Shown in pieces: positions 28,204 to 38,540 of a DNA stretch of 64,000 bases; the stretch's first letter is position 1; each line of letters starts with the position of its first letter. The notes under the pieces are model-generated. The model was not told the DNA's origin and did no database searches. It saw nothing but the letters and a program-made list of their open reading frames with translations. This DNA comes from an uncultured Alphaproteobacteria bacterium. Lineage in GTDB: Bacteria; Pseudomonadota; Alphaproteobacteria; UBA8366. A program made the position numbers and the translations under genes. The stretch is from assembly GCA_963711215.1 (NCBI GenBank), contig CAVQDH010000002.1, positions 982,134 through 1,046,133 on the forward strand. The letters are read 5' to 3'.

Positions 28204-29235
28204 TCAGCTTTTTGACCAGACCACCACTTCGTCGCCGGACACGGTGAGGCTCGTCCCATAAGGCGCCGACATTGCGCGCATGTTCTCCAACTCCTCCTTT
28301 TCCGACGCCATCGGGCGGGCGATCGTCTCGTTCTTCTCGTTGTGCCGCACGAAGGAGAAGGCCGCGCGCTGCAGCGCGCCCTTGTCCACCGCCAGCCGCA
28401 CCATCAGGCCGATCCAGTCGGGATGTCGGCGGGCGCGGTGACCCGTCTCGAAGGAAAAGCTGCCGAGGCCATAGAAGATGGGCTTTTCCTTGTAGATCTC
28501 GATGCCCAGGGGGAAATGCGGCCCATGCCCCATGACGAGGTCGGCGCCGGCATCGATCGCCGCATGGGCGATTTCGCGCTGATAGTCCAGGACCTCGTGC
28601 TCGAGGCCCCAATGATTGCTGGCGACGACGAAATCGGCGCGGCGGCGTAACTCGGTGACGGAGTCGCTGAATCGGGACAATGCATCCGAATCCGCCCAGG
28701 TAACGATTTCCGGCGGCATTCCCGGCCGGGTCAACGTCTTCAGTTCCTCGACCCGCGGCCGGTAGGCGGTGTGCGCCTTGACCGTGGCGACCCCGGGATA
28801 GCCATCGGTCGCTTCATGGCCATGCGACCAGAAAACCGAGGTCCGCTGCATGAAGCCATAGCGTATCCCGTCCCGCTCCAGGATCACGGGCCGCATGGCT
28901 TCTTCCCGGTTGATCCCCGCGCCGGTATGGGGGACGCCGATCGCGTCCAGCCGCTGCAGCGAGGAGCGGATTGCCGGCGCGCCGTAGTTCACGTTATTGG
29001 CGTTGCCGATCGCCTGTACCCCGGCAAGCTTGAGGGCTTCCGCCGACCGCAGCGTCGCGTAAAAGCCCTCGTCCTCGACCGAGCGCTCGGTGCCGGGCTC
29101 GTAGAAGCAGCATTCCAGGTTCGAGAAGACGACGTCCGCGGACTGCAGATCCCCCGCGATCTTGGCGAAGGGAACGGATGGATCGGTTACCCCGAGGAGG
29201 TTGATATCCCCGGTCAAAATCACGCAATGTGGCAT
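28204..29235 (-). CDS. CapA-family (PGA_cap metallophosphatase-fold) protein
   Basis: ATG 29235 gives MPHCVILTGDINLLGV...ADVVFSNLECCF...NANNVNYG...HTGAG...VVASNHWGLE...DLVMGHGPHFPLGIEIYKEKPIFYGLGSFSF. The frame is intact. Confidence 0.8.
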   Translation of the reverse strand: MPHCVILTGDINLLGVTDPSVPFAKIAGDLQSADVVFSNLECCFYEPGTERSVEDEGFYATLRSAEALKLAGVQAIGNANNVNYGAPAIRSSLQRLDAIGVPHTGAGINREEAMRPVILERDGIRYGFMQRTSVFWSHGHEATDGYPGVATVKAHTAYRPRVEELKTLTRPGMPPEIVTWADSDALSRFSDSVTELRRRADFVVASNHWGLEHEVLDYQREIAHAAIDAGADLVMGHGPHFPLGIEIYKEKPIFYGLGSFSFETGHRARRHPDWIGLMVRLAVDKGALQRAAFSFVRHNEKNETIARPMASEKEELENMRAMSAPYGTSLTVSGDEVVVWSKS

Positions 29236-29518
29236 GGTTACACTCGGTTGGGTGGCGATTGCCTGACCGGCATTTTGCCAGCAATTGGCCCTCCGCCGCA
29301 AACCGGCCGGCCGGGATCGTCCGGACCGGGTATTCGGGGGCGGCGATTTGCCGGGCGGTTCGCGCCTATGCGATTATCCTCGAAATCATCTTTGCGCGCA
29401 TGGGCCAGATCCCGGCTCCCGAACCAACCGGACGGAGCCGCGTCCGATCGGGAATGCATCCGGCGGTGCCGGGGCGGGACGTCCATGGCTACTCAGACAG
29501 GAAAGGAACGCGAATCCG

Positions 29519-30964
29519 ATGTCCACGCAGGAAGTCGATCGGCCGGCCGCAGGCGGCCGCACGGGCGGGCAGGCGGCGAAAACGGCTGCGGAGCCGCTCG
29601 GCCCGACGAAAGCGCTGTCGCGCTTCGTGGCGGGCCTGTCCTTCGAGGACCTGGATGAGGCCACGCTCGACAAGGCGCGCAGCCATACCCTCGATACCAT
29701 CGGCGCCTGTCTTGCGGGCAGCCGGCAAGAAGTCTCGCAGATCGCCGCTTCCGTGCTGGGAGAGCTCATGGCGCCGGGCGCCGTGCCGGTTCCCGGCCGG
29801 TCCCGGCGGACCGACGCGCTCTCGGCGGCGTTTCTGGCGGGCACCGCGGTCCATGGCCTCGAGCTGGACGACGGCTTCCGCCCGGGCGCCATTCATCCGG
29901 GTTGCGTGGTCATTCCGGCCGCCCTCGCCGTGGGCCATGTCGTGGACACCGACGGCAAGCGCTTCCTGACGGCGATCACGGCCGGATATGAAGTGGCGGC
30001 GCGCATCGCGGGCCTGATCCATCCCAAGCCGCGCTGGCGAGGCTTTCACAACACGGCGATCATCGGCGTCTTTGCCTCTGCGGCAGTGACCGCCGTGCTC
30101 AAGGGCTTTGACGCGGCTACCGTCGAGAATGCTTTCGGCCTTGCGGCATCGAGCTCGTCGGGGATTCGCAGCTATGTGCGGGGCGGGGACGTCAAGCGCA
30201 TCCATCCCGGCCTCGCCGCGCGGGACGGGATCCTGTCGGCGCTGCTTGCGGCGAAAGGCTATCCGGCCGCCAGCGACGTGCTCGAAGGCAAGGATGGGTT
30301 CTTCCACGCCTTCGCGGGCGAGGACGGCGACTTTGCCGGCGCCGACATATTGGCTGCCGGCGGCCGGCAGAACGCGCGCTTCGCGATCGCCGACTGCTAT
30401 ATCAAGCCGCATGCCTGCTGCCGCCACCTCCACCCCGCGATCGATGCGCTGATTGACATTCTGACGGCGGAAGACATTGCGCCGGAAGACGTCACCGCGG
30501 TCGATGTCGCGACCTACAAGGTCGCCTCGACCCATGGCACGATCGGCTGGAACGCAATGACGACGGCGCAGATGAGCTTTCCCTTCGCCCTGGCGGCCGC
30601 GGTGCAGCATCGGGCGGTCCACCTGCATCATTTCAGCGACGCCGGCCGCCGGGACGCCGATGTCCTGCGTCATTGCGCCAAGGTGCATGTGCACGCGGAC
30701 GATGCCCTCGACGCGACCTATCCGAAGAAGCGCCCGGCGCAAGTGGCCGTCACGACGTCCGCCGGCAAGCAATTCACGCGCGCCGTGGACGAGCCGTTGG
30801 GCTCGGCGGCGAACCCGGTCCCCGACGCCCAGCTGCAAGAAAAGTTTCATGCGCTTGCCGATCCGGTGATCGGAAACGCGCGGGCAGGGCGCGTGGCCCG
30901 GGATATCAAGGCGCTGGAGCGCATGACGAGCGTACGCGATTTTGCCGAAAGCCTGGCCGGCTGA
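29519..30964 (+). CDS. MmgE/PrpD-family protein, paralog 1
   Basis: ATG 29519 follows GAAAGGAA. The sequence reads LSRFVAGLSFEDLDEATLDKARSHTLDTIGACLAGS...GFHNTAIIGVFASAA...IKPHACCRHLHPAIDA. The frame is intact. The longer ORF-track start at 29285 lies in an Arg/Gly-rich region that looks non-coding. Confidence 0.8.
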   Translation: MSTQEVDRPAAGGRTGGQAAKTAAEPLGPTKALSRFVAGLSFEDLDEATLDKARSHTLDTIGACLAGSRQEVSQIAASVLGELMAPGAVPVPGRSRRTDALSAAFLAGTAVHGLELDDGFRPGAIHPGCVVIPAALAVGHVVDTDGKRFLTAITAGYEVAARIAGLIHPKPRWRGFHNTAIIGVFASAAVTAVLKGFDAATVENAFGLAASSSSGIRSYVRGGDVKRIHPGLAARDGILSALLAAKGYPAASDVLEGKDGFFHAFAGEDGDFAGADILAAGGRQNARFAIADCYIKPHACCRHLHPAIDALIDILTAEDIAPEDVTAVDVATYKVASTHGTIGWNAMTTAQMSFPFALAAAVQHRAVHLHHFSDAGRRDADVLRHCAKVHVHADDALDATYPKKRPAQVAVTTSAGKQFTRAVDEPLGSAANPVPDAQLQEKFHALADPVIGNARAGRVARDIKALERMTSVRDFAESLAG

Positions 30965-30996
30965 CAGGGCATGATCACGCGCATTCGGGAGGGACG

Positions 30997-32358
30997 ATGA
31001 GCGAACGGGAAATCGAAGTGACGGCGGTGACACGCGATCTGAGCCAGTATCTCGCCAGCGCGCTGGACCGGGACGTGCCCGCGGAGGTGGCCGAGAAGGG
31101 CAAGCACCATCTGATCGACACGCTGGCGGCGATGGTGTCGGGGTCGCGGCTTCATCCGGGCGAGATGACGATCAAATACGTGCAGACGCTCGGCGGCACG
31201 GCGGAGGCGGTCGTCGTCGGCAGCGGCATCGTCACCTCCGCGGTCAACGCGGCGATGGCGAACGCCATGCTGTCGCACGCGGACGAGACCGACAATTCGC
31301 ACAAGGCCTCGCGCAGCCATCTCGGCTGCGGCGTCGTGCCGGCCGCGCTCGCCATGGCGGAGCGGGAAGGGGCATCGGGCAGCGCGCTCCTGCGCGCCGT
31401 GATCCTGGGCTACGATATCGGCGCGCGCATCAGCTTTGCCCTGGACACCCAGAATTTCTACAACGCGGGCCACAGCACGCATACCTTCGCGCCGCTGTTC
31501 GGTGCGGCTGCGGCGGCCAGTGCGTTGGCACGGCTCGGCGAGGACCAGATGCGCTGGATGCTGTCCTACACTGCGCAACAGGCATCCGGCGTGAATTGCT
31601 GGCAGCGCGATCTCGATCACATCGAGAAGGCGTTCGACTTCGGCGGCATGGCTGGGCGCAACGGCGTCACGGCGGCGACGATGGTGCAGGCCGGGTTCAC
31701 GGGCGTCGACGATGTCTTCACCGGGCCGCGGAACTTTTTCTTCGCCTATACCCAGAACCCGAAGCCGGAGAAACTGACCGAGGCGCTCGGCACGCGTTAC
31801 GAGATCATGCTGACCAACATCAAGAAATGGTCCGTCGGTTCGCCGATCCAGGCGCCGCTCGACTGCATCGAAAAGATGCTGGGGAAAGAGACGATCGCCG
31901 CAGACGACATCGACCACGTCACCTTGCGGCTTTCAAATCTCGAACACAGCGTCGTCGACGACCGGCACATGCCCGACATCTGCATTCAGCACATGGTGGC
32001 GATCATGCTGCTCGACCGGACGGTGACCTTTGCGTCCGCGCATGACGACAAGCGCATGGCGGACCGTCGCGTCATCGATCTGCGGAAGCGTATCGAGCTG
32101 GTCGGCGAGCCGTCGCGCGAGCGGCGCACGGCCGAGGTCGATATCCGGATGAAGGACGGCAGAACCTTGACCGCGACCGAGGATGCGGTACGGGGGACGC
32201 CCGACAATCCGATGACCCGGGCGGAAGTGGATGCAAAAGCCTATGACCTGATGGCGCCGATCCTGGGACAGGAGCGCGCCCGTACGCTGATCGATCGGAT
32301 CTGGGCGATCGAGGCCGTAAGCGACGTGCGCGCGTTGCGCCCGTTGCTCACGGCCTGA
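30997..32358 (+). CDS. MmgE/PrpD-family protein, paralog 2
   Basis: ATG 30997 follows GGGAGGGA. The sequence reads MSEREIEVTAVTRDLSQYLASALDRDVPAEVAEKGKHHLIDTLAAMVSGS... The frame is intact. The upstream part of ORF 30673.. overlaps the end of paralog 1 out of frame. Confidence 0.8.
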   Translation: MSEREIEVTAVTRDLSQYLASALDRDVPAEVAEKGKHHLIDTLAAMVSGSRLHPGEMTIKYVQTLGGTAEAVVVGSGIVTSAVNAAMANAMLSHADETDNSHKASRSHLGCGVVPAALAMAEREGASGSALLRAVILGYDIGARISFALDTQNFYNAGHSTHTFAPLFGAAAAASALARLGEDQMRWMLSYTAQQASGVNCWQRDLDHIEKAFDFGGMAGRNGVTAATMVQAGFTGVDDVFTGPRNFFFAYTQNPKPEKLTEALGTRYEIMLTNIKKWSVGSPIQAPLDCIEKMLGKETIAADDIDHVTLRLSNLEHSVVDDRHMPDICIQHMVAIMLLDRTVTFASAHDDKRMADRRVIDLRKRIELVGEPSRERRTAEVDIRMKDGRTLTATEDAVRGTPDNPMTRAEVDAKAYDLMAPILGQERARTLIDRIWAIEAVSDVRALRPLLTA

Positions 32359-32373
32359 GCCGAATATCCGGCT

Positions 32374-34344
32374 TTAGAGCGACCCGCCCAGCCACATCGG
32401 CATATCGATGAATTGCTGCAGCAATCCGCCGGGGAGCTGCAGGCTCAACACGTAAGCCATCAAGCCCAGCCAGCTGACGCAGGCGATCGCCAATATCCCG
32501 TTGCGGACATGGTTGACGCCCGCCTCCTTGGTCGTGAAGGCATAGATGAAGGCGGCGCCGCCGATGGCGAAGCCGAACAAGCCCGTCATGGCCAGCAGCA
32601 CGAGGATCCAGCCGAGATAATAGAAGTCGCTTTTGTCCGCCGGCTCCCGTTCACCGTCATACAGGACGCCCGACGCGGTGTTCGTCCGATACATGGACAC
32701 CAGCAAGGGGACGAAGAAGAGCAGGGAAACGATGCCGACCGCCATTGGGAACATCCGCGCGTTCGACGAATAGTGGAAGCTGTCGAGCAGCCCATAGACG
32801 GCAAATGCAAACATCGCCAGCCCGAAGATCAACTGCGGCGTCTTGTGGCTGCCGCCGTGCGGGCTCGCCTCTTCATAGGTCTTGCCGTGGTTGGGGTTGT
32901 AGCGCCAGGCCGCCCAGATCGACCCGATCGTCATCAGCGCGAGCGCGATGACGATCGGCCGCTCGAAGAAGGTGAGGCCATAGACTTGCACGGCCTGGTA
33001 AAGGGTCGGCTCGAGCTGCGGCGCCAGGAAGTAGCCGATCAGCAGCGCCGGCCGCGCCCAGCCGAAACGCTTCATGAAGACGCCGAGCGTTCCCATGACG
33101 AATAGGGAGATCAGATCGTCCCAATCGCGGGTCGCCTGGAAGGCGGCGAAATTGATCAGCACGATCATGAACGGCGCCAGGAAGGCGTAGCGGATCGTCG
33201 TGAGCAGCGCCCAGTAATTGGCGGTGAACAGGCAGATGCCGGTGGCCAGGATGTTGCCGAGTGCCACCGACCAGATCATCACGAAGGTCAGGTCGAGATG
33301 CTGCGTCAGCATCGACATGCCCGGATCGATGCCGATCAGGATGAATCCGCCCAGCAGGATCGCCATACTGCCCGACCCCGGAATGCCGAACAGCAGGGTC
33401 GGGATCAGCGCGCCGCCTTCCTTCGCGTTGTTGGCGGATTCGGGCCCGATCACGCCGCGGACGTCACCCGTGCCGAATCGCTCCCTGTGGTCGCTTGTCT
33501 GGACGACGTGGCCGTAGGCGATCCAGTCGACGACGGAGCCGCCGAGCCCGGGCATGAACCCGACGATGCAGCCGATGACCGAGCAGCGGAGCACGATCCA
33601 CCAGTGCCGGAAGACGTCCTTGACCCCTTCCGCCATGCCGGCGCCGAGGGTGGCGCTCTCGGAAATACGCGAGCTCCGGCGAAGCAGCTCGATGATCTCG
33701 GGCATGGCGAACATGCCGAGGCCGACGATCACCAGCGGAACGCCGTCGCTGAGATAGATGGTTTCGAAGGCCAGGCGGAACTCGCCGGTCGCCGGCGCCG
33801 AGCCCATGCTGCCGAGCATCAGACCGACGCAGCAGGTGGCCAGGCCCTTGAGCGCGCTGGAGCCGGTCAGCATGCCGATCATGCTGAGCGCCAGGATGAC
33901 AAGCATGAGCTGTTCGCCAAATCCCATCGAGAGGATGATCGGCCGGGCGGCGAAGATCGATCCGGTCAGGACGATCGCGCCGAACACGCCGCCAATCATC
34001 GAGGCCATGAATGCGGCGCCCAGGGCGCGGCCGCCTTCGCCCTTTTTCGCCATGGGGAAGCCGTCGAGAACGGTAGCCTGTGCAGCGGACGTACCGGGTA
34101 CCCCCATCAGGATGGCCGGTATCGAGTCGGACGTGGTAAGCGGCGAAAGCAGCCCGATCATGAGGGCAAGCGCACTGGTCGCGTCCATGCCGTAAACGAA
34201 GGGCAGGATGATGGAAAGCCCCGCGATGCCTCCGAGGCCCGGCAGGAAGCCCACGACCAAGCCAATGAGGACACCGAGCATCAGATACCAGAGATGCAGC
34301 GGCTGCATGAGGTCCACGAAGGCGCTCATAAGTACATGGGTCAT
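32374..34344 (-). CDS. tctA: tripartite tricarboxylate transporter large permease with fused C-terminal TctB-like 4-TM module (copy 1)
   Basis: Intact 656-aa ORF. The TctA body contains GLGGIAGLSIILPF...PESANNAKEGGALIPTLLFGIPGSGSMAILLG. About 135 extra C-terminal residues form four hydrophobic segments. There is no separate tctB gene next to it. Confidence 0.8.
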   Translation of the reverse strand: MTHVLMSAFVDLMQPLHLWYLMLGVLIGLVVGFLPGLGGIAGLSIILPFVYGMDATSALALMIGLLSPLTTSDSIPAILMGVPGTSAAQATVLDGFPMAKKGEGGRALGAAFMASMIGGVFGAIVLTGSIFAARPIILSMGFGEQLMLVILALSMIGMLTGSSALKGLATCCVGLMLGSMGSAPATGEFRLAFETIYLSDGVPLVIVGLGMFAMPEIIELLRRSSRISESATLGAGMAEGVKDVFRHWWIVLRCSVIGCIVGFMPGLGGSVVDWIAYGHVVQTSDHRERFGTGDVRGVIGPESANNAKEGGALIPTLLFGIPGSGSMAILLGGFILIGIDPGMSMLTQHLDLTFVMIWSVALGNILATGICLFTANYWALLTTIRYAFLAPFMIVLINFAAFQATRDWDDLISLFVMGTLGVFMKRFGWARPALLIGYFLAPQLEPTLYQAVQVYGLTFFERPIVIALALMTIGSIWAAWRYNPNHGKTYEEASPHGGSHKTPQLIFGLAMFAFAVYGLLDSFHYSSNARMFPMAVGIVSLLFFVPLLVSMYRTNTASGVLYDGEREPADKSDFYYLGWILVLLAMTGLFGFAIGGAAFIYAFTTKEAGVNHVRNGILAIACVSWLGLMAYVLSLQLPGGLLQQFIDMPMWLGGSL

Positions 34345-34433
34345 TTTTTCTTATCGTCCGAGATAATGTGCGGGTGTTGACTGATGGATGTTATTCCCGT
34401 CTCCCGCCGCTGCGGAAAAACGTACAATGCCAT

Positions 34434-34456
34434 GCCCGGCGGATTGACCGCCGGGC
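34434..34456 (-). terminator. intercistronic hairpin between tctC and tctA (copy 1)
   Basis: GCCCGGCGG, loop ATTGA, CCGCCGGGC (9-bp stem). On the minus strand the T run comes only after a gap, so this is an attenuator or stability element at best. Confidence 0.3.
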
Positions 34457-34503
34457 GTGGCACCGTTGGATAGTTCTATTATGATTTCGCTGGTTAATGC
34501 AAA

Positions 34504-35649
34504 TTAGTCGGACCGGCCTTTGGGCAGATCGACGTTGTATCGGACCTTGACGTATTTCGCGATCCAGGCCCTGGCCGCAGGCGAGATCTTTACCGAGTTC
34601 CGGATGATTGGCACGGCGGCGTCGCCGACGATCTGCGGATAGGGGCCGGCTTCTTCTGCGGACCTCTGTATATACTCGGGATCTTTCAGCATTTTACGCG
34701 CTGCGTCGCGCCACATCTCGACGACCGCCTTGGACGTGCCCGCGGGCAGGAGCAGCGACTTCGACATGGACACGCTGACGCCCATCATCGCCTTCCACGC
34801 TTCGTAGCCCTCCCCCGAGGGCTCCTTGCCATAGACCGCTTTGTAGACCTCGACGAACTGCGGCACGTCCGGAAGCGCCGGATCGCGCGTCAGCTTGCCG
34901 TTCTCGTCATAGTTTCCGAAGGTGTAGATCGGCACGGCGATGCCCTTGTCGATCAAATATTTGCGGCCCTTCAGATAAGCCATCGTGTTGTCGTAATTGA
35001 GCGTGAATTCGCCACGCTCGAAGCCGAGCGCCATCGGCCCGTTGCCGCCGAGACCCCAGACGCTGTTCACTTCGACGCCGAGCAGGCTGAGCGCAATACG
35101 CAGCGCGAGATCGCCCGAGGTCGGGGTTTTGCCGCCGAACGAAATCTGCTTCGGCTCGAAAGTCCGCAGCTTCTCGATCTTGCCCTTGAGATCCTTGATG
35201 TCCTGCAGGCCAAGGTTATTCCGGCCGTACTGTGTAATGCCGCGCGGCGACAGGATGACCGGAATGAACTCCTCCAGCTTGAACCTGGCGCGCGGATCGC
35301 CGAGCGCGTAGTTCGCCGCCGTCGAGGTCGAGAGCGTCAAGGCCCAGGTGCCGTCCTTCAGGCTTTTCTGCTCGAAAAAGACGGCGCCCGTCGTGCCGCC
35401 GCCGCCCGGCTTGTTGAGGACCAGGATTTTCGGGTTGCCGGGCAGATACTTCTCGAAATACGGCGCCATCATGCGGGCATAGATGTCCGAGCCGCCGCCT
35501 TCGGCGAACGGAACGATGATGCTGATTCGCTTGCCTTTGAGACTTGTCGCGGCCTGCGCTTTGTCGACGGCCGCGGTACTGATCGCCGCCAAGGCGATCG
35601 TTGCGACCAGTGTGCCGGCCGCACGCATGAAACTAGGCTTCCTGACCAT
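34504..35649 (-). CDS. tctC: Bug/TctC-family periplasmic substrate-binding protein (copy 1)
   Basis: Intact 381-aa ORF. ATG 35649 follows GGGAGGA. After the signal peptide it reads KRISIIVPFAEGGGSDIYARMMAPYFEKYLPGNPKILVLNKPGGGGTTG. Confidence 0.8.
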   Translation of the reverse strand: MVRKPSFMRAAGTLVATIALAAISTAAVDKAQAATSLKGKRISIIVPFAEGGGSDIYARMMAPYFEKYLPGNPKILVLNKPGGGGTTGAVFFEQKSLKDGTWALTLSTSTAANYALGDPRARFKLEEFIPVILSPRGITQYGRNNLGLQDIKDLKGKIEKLRTFEPKQISFGGKTPTSGDLALRIALSLLGVEVNSVWGLGGNGPMALGFERGEFTLNYDNTMAYLKGRKYLIDKGIAVPIYTFGNYDENGKLTRDPALPDVPQFVEVYKAVYGKEPSGEGYEAWKAMMGVSVSMSKSLLLPAGTSKAVVEMWRDAARKMLKDPEYIQRSAEEAGPYPQIVGDAAVPIIRNSVKISPAARAWIAKYVKVRYNVDLPKGRSD

Positions 35650-35880
35650 CCAGGAATCCTCCCATGTGCTAGGTTGAAAGACGGAATTTCTTCAGTTCAA
35701 GCCGAGACTGCCCGTCATCGGCTGCCGTGATGTCAGTTCGGCCATGTTGTGTCGAACCATCTCAGTTGAAGCTGACGGGAAGCATATATGAACGCCGGAG
35801 TCCGTGACAAATCATTGATTTCAATAATATAAATCGATATATTCCGATCGATTGGGCGGGCCGACGCCGGAGCGCCGTGG

Positions 35881-35920
35881 GCGCGAAACGAAAACAGCCC
35901 GGCGATAACCGCCGGGCTGT
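35881..35920 (-). terminator. rho-independent terminator after the copy-2 permease
   Basis: Perfect 11-bp stem ACAGCCCGGCG / CGCCGGGCTGT (35894-35920) with a 5-nt loop. On the minus strand it is followed by TTTCGTTTCG. Confidence 0.65.
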
Positions 35921-35942
35921 TTCGTGCGCCGGGAATGACGGG

Positions 35943-37911
35943 CTAGCCGCCGAGCCACCAGGGCATCTTGACGAAATACTGCAGCAGCCCCGGCGGGTAG
36001 CGCAGGGTCAGGAAATGTGACATCAGCCCGAGAAAGGCCATGCCGGAGATGCCCATCGCGGCATGCTTGAGCGGGGCGTTGCCGACCTTCTTTTGAATGA
36101 AGAGGAAGATGAAGAAAGCGCAGCCGAACGGGAACCCGACCAGCCCGATCAGCGCGAACATGCCGAGAAGCCAACCGAGATAGTGATAGTCGCTATGGTC
36201 CGTCTCGATATCGCGCTCGCTGTCGTAAAGGATGCCCGATGCGGTGCGGCTGCGGGCGATCTGAACCAGCAACGGCACGGCCAGCAAGAAAGCCACGGCT
36301 GACACGACCTGCGGGAAGATGCCGCCAAGCCATGTGTAGTGGAAGCTGTCGAAGAACGCATAGGTGATAAACGCGAACATCGCGACCGCGAAGGCGATCT
36401 GCGCCGTCTTGCCGGCCGGCCCGTGTGGGCCGTCGTCCGAATAGGTTTTGCCGCGGTTTGGCGAGAAGCGCCACGCCGCGAAGATCGAGATGATGGTCAG
36501 GATGAGGAGCACGATGACGATCGGATGCTTGAAGAAGGCCAGCCCATAGACCTGGTAGGCCTGATAGATCGTGGGCTCCATGCGGGGCGCCAGGAAATAG
36601 CCGATCAGGAGCGCGGGCCGCGACCATCCGAATCGCTTCATGAAGATGCCGAGCGTGCCCATGACGAACAGGGCAATCAGATCGTCCCAATCACGCGTCG
36701 CCTGAAAGGCCGCGAAAAAGATGAGCACGAACATGAACGGCGCCAGATAGGCGTACCGGATCGTGGTCAGCAGGGCCACGTAGTTGGCAAGGCCGAGGCA
36801 AAGCATCGTCGCCAGGACGTTGCCCAGCGCCAGCGACCAGATCATGGTGAAGGTGAGGTCCAGGTGCTGCGTCAGCATCGAGACGCCCGGCTCGATGCCG
36901 ATCAGGATGAAGCCGCCCAGCAGGATGGCCATGCTGCCGGAGCCGGGGATGCCGAACAGCAGCGTGGGAATCAAGGCGCCGCCTTCCTTGGCGTTGTTCG
37001 CCAATTCCGGCGCGAGGACGCCCCGGATGTCGCCGGTGCCGAAGGATTTCCCGGTTCTTGCTGGTCTGGATCACATGCCCATAGGCGATCCAGTCGACCA
37101 CCGATCCGCCGAGGCCCGGCAGCGCGCCGACGATACAGCCGATGATGCTGCAGCGGAGGACGATCCACCAGTGGCGGAACACGTCCTTGAACCCCTCGGT
37201 CCAGCCATGCCCAAGCGCCGCGGACTCGGCGATGCGCGTGCTGCGGCGCAAGAGATCGATGATCTCCGGCATGGCGAACATGCCGAGCCCCACGATCACG
37301 ATCGGAATGCCGTCGCTGAGGTAGATCGAATCGAAGACGAGGCGGAACTCGCCGGTCGCCGGGGCCGTGCCCATGGTTCCGAGCAGCAGGCCGAAGCAGC
37401 AGGTGACGAGTCCCTTGAGCGCGCTCGTGCCGGTCAGCATGCCGATCATGCTGAGGGCAAGCACGACGAGGAGCAGCTGTTCACCAAAGCCCATCGCGAG
37501 AATGATCGGCCGCGCCGCAAAGATCGCTCCCGTCAAGACGAGCGCGCCGAAAAGGCCGCCGAACATGGATGCCGTGAAGGCGGCGCCGAGCGCACGGGCG
37601 CCTTCGCCCTTTTTCGCCAGCGGGAACCCGTCGACCACCGTCGCCTGTGACGCGGATGTCCCGGGTATGCCCATCAAGACCGACGGGAAAGTATCGGAGG
37701 TCGAGGTCGGTGCGATCAGCCCGATCATCATGGCGAGCGCGTCGTTCGGATCCATGCCGAATACGAAGGGCAGCAGGACGGAAAGGCCGGCAATGCCGCC
37801 GAGGCCGGGCAGGATGCCCACGACCATGCCAAGAATGACGCCGAGAAACAGGAAGAACAGATGCGATGGCTCGATCAGCTGAAAGAATGCGGTAGCAAAG
37901 GTATCGATCAT
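35943..37911 (-). pseudogene. tctA: TctA-TctB fusion permease, copy 2, one frameshift
   Basis: The N-terminal piece (ORF 36691..37911) is colinear with copy 1 up to GHVIQTSKNRE. The frame then slips in a T/A run near 37047. The sensible reading SFGTGDIRGVLAPELANNAKEGGALIPTLLFGIPGSGSMAILLG continues in ORF 35943..37004 to the end. Confidence 0.8.
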
Positions 37912-38476
37912 GAGGGGCGCTTCGCTCTCATACGCGCGCCGGCATCGGCCAGCGGTTTGTTTTCAATTTTTGCTTGTAACGCGCGACATGCCGACGCCAC
38001 ACGCCCATGGATGGAGCTCGGCTCTCGCAGTCGCCTACGAGAGGCTGCCTAAGGCACGGCGAGCTCCAGTCGTAACCCAGCCTAGATACCCGTCGCGGGC
38101 TTCGGCGGGCGTTTCGGCGAGATGGACAGCGTCTGTCTCATCGCAGACCTGAGCATCCCGCCGACGAGCAGCGGGTATAGGTTTCGCCGGCTGTACATGC
38201 CGTATGCCTCCCTCTCTGTTTCGTCTTTCATGGCGCCGATAGACCGAGCCATGTTTGTCGCCCGATGCCAGGTTCCCCAACCCTTTCGGCAACGGCAACA
38301 CTCACAATGCGCATGCCACGTTAACCGCCGGTCCGACGGCGACGCAAGCGCTGCGGGCGGATTTCCCGCGAATTTGCACACATAGCGGGTACTGTGAATT
38401 CTCCATGCCACTTAATCACGTGGCGGCTTTGGCCGGCCGGCGGCTGTCGGAGCGGAACCGGGCGGCCACAAACGAC

Positions 38477-38504
38477 GGCGCCCGGCGAAAGATCGCCGGG
38501 CGCC
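38477..38504 (-). terminator. strong hairpin downstream of copy-2 tctC
   Basis: Perfect 12-bp stem GGCGCCCGGCGA / TCGCCGGGCGCC with loop AAGA. On the minus strand it is followed by GTCGTTTGTGG. It lies 37 nt past the inferred ancestral stop at 38541-38543. Confidence 0.45.
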
Positions 38505-38540
38505 TGTGTCGGTCGGGCAGGTATCCCGATGCGGAATACC

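Noticed and set aside
29285-32358. Long N-terminal extensions of the two tandem PrpD-family ORFs (starts at 29285 and 30673)
   Set aside because: The extensions are Arg/Gly/Pro-rich. The second also overlaps the first gene out of frame. Internal ATGs at 29519 and 30997 have good RBS sequences and give normal-length family members.
38035-38411. Overlapping short ORFs (80-109 aa) on both strands in the copy 2 spacer
   Set aside because: They mutually overlap in different frames, have Arg/Cys/His-rich or otherwise odd composition, and lack RBS-like sequences. I treat the region as non-coding of unknown origin.
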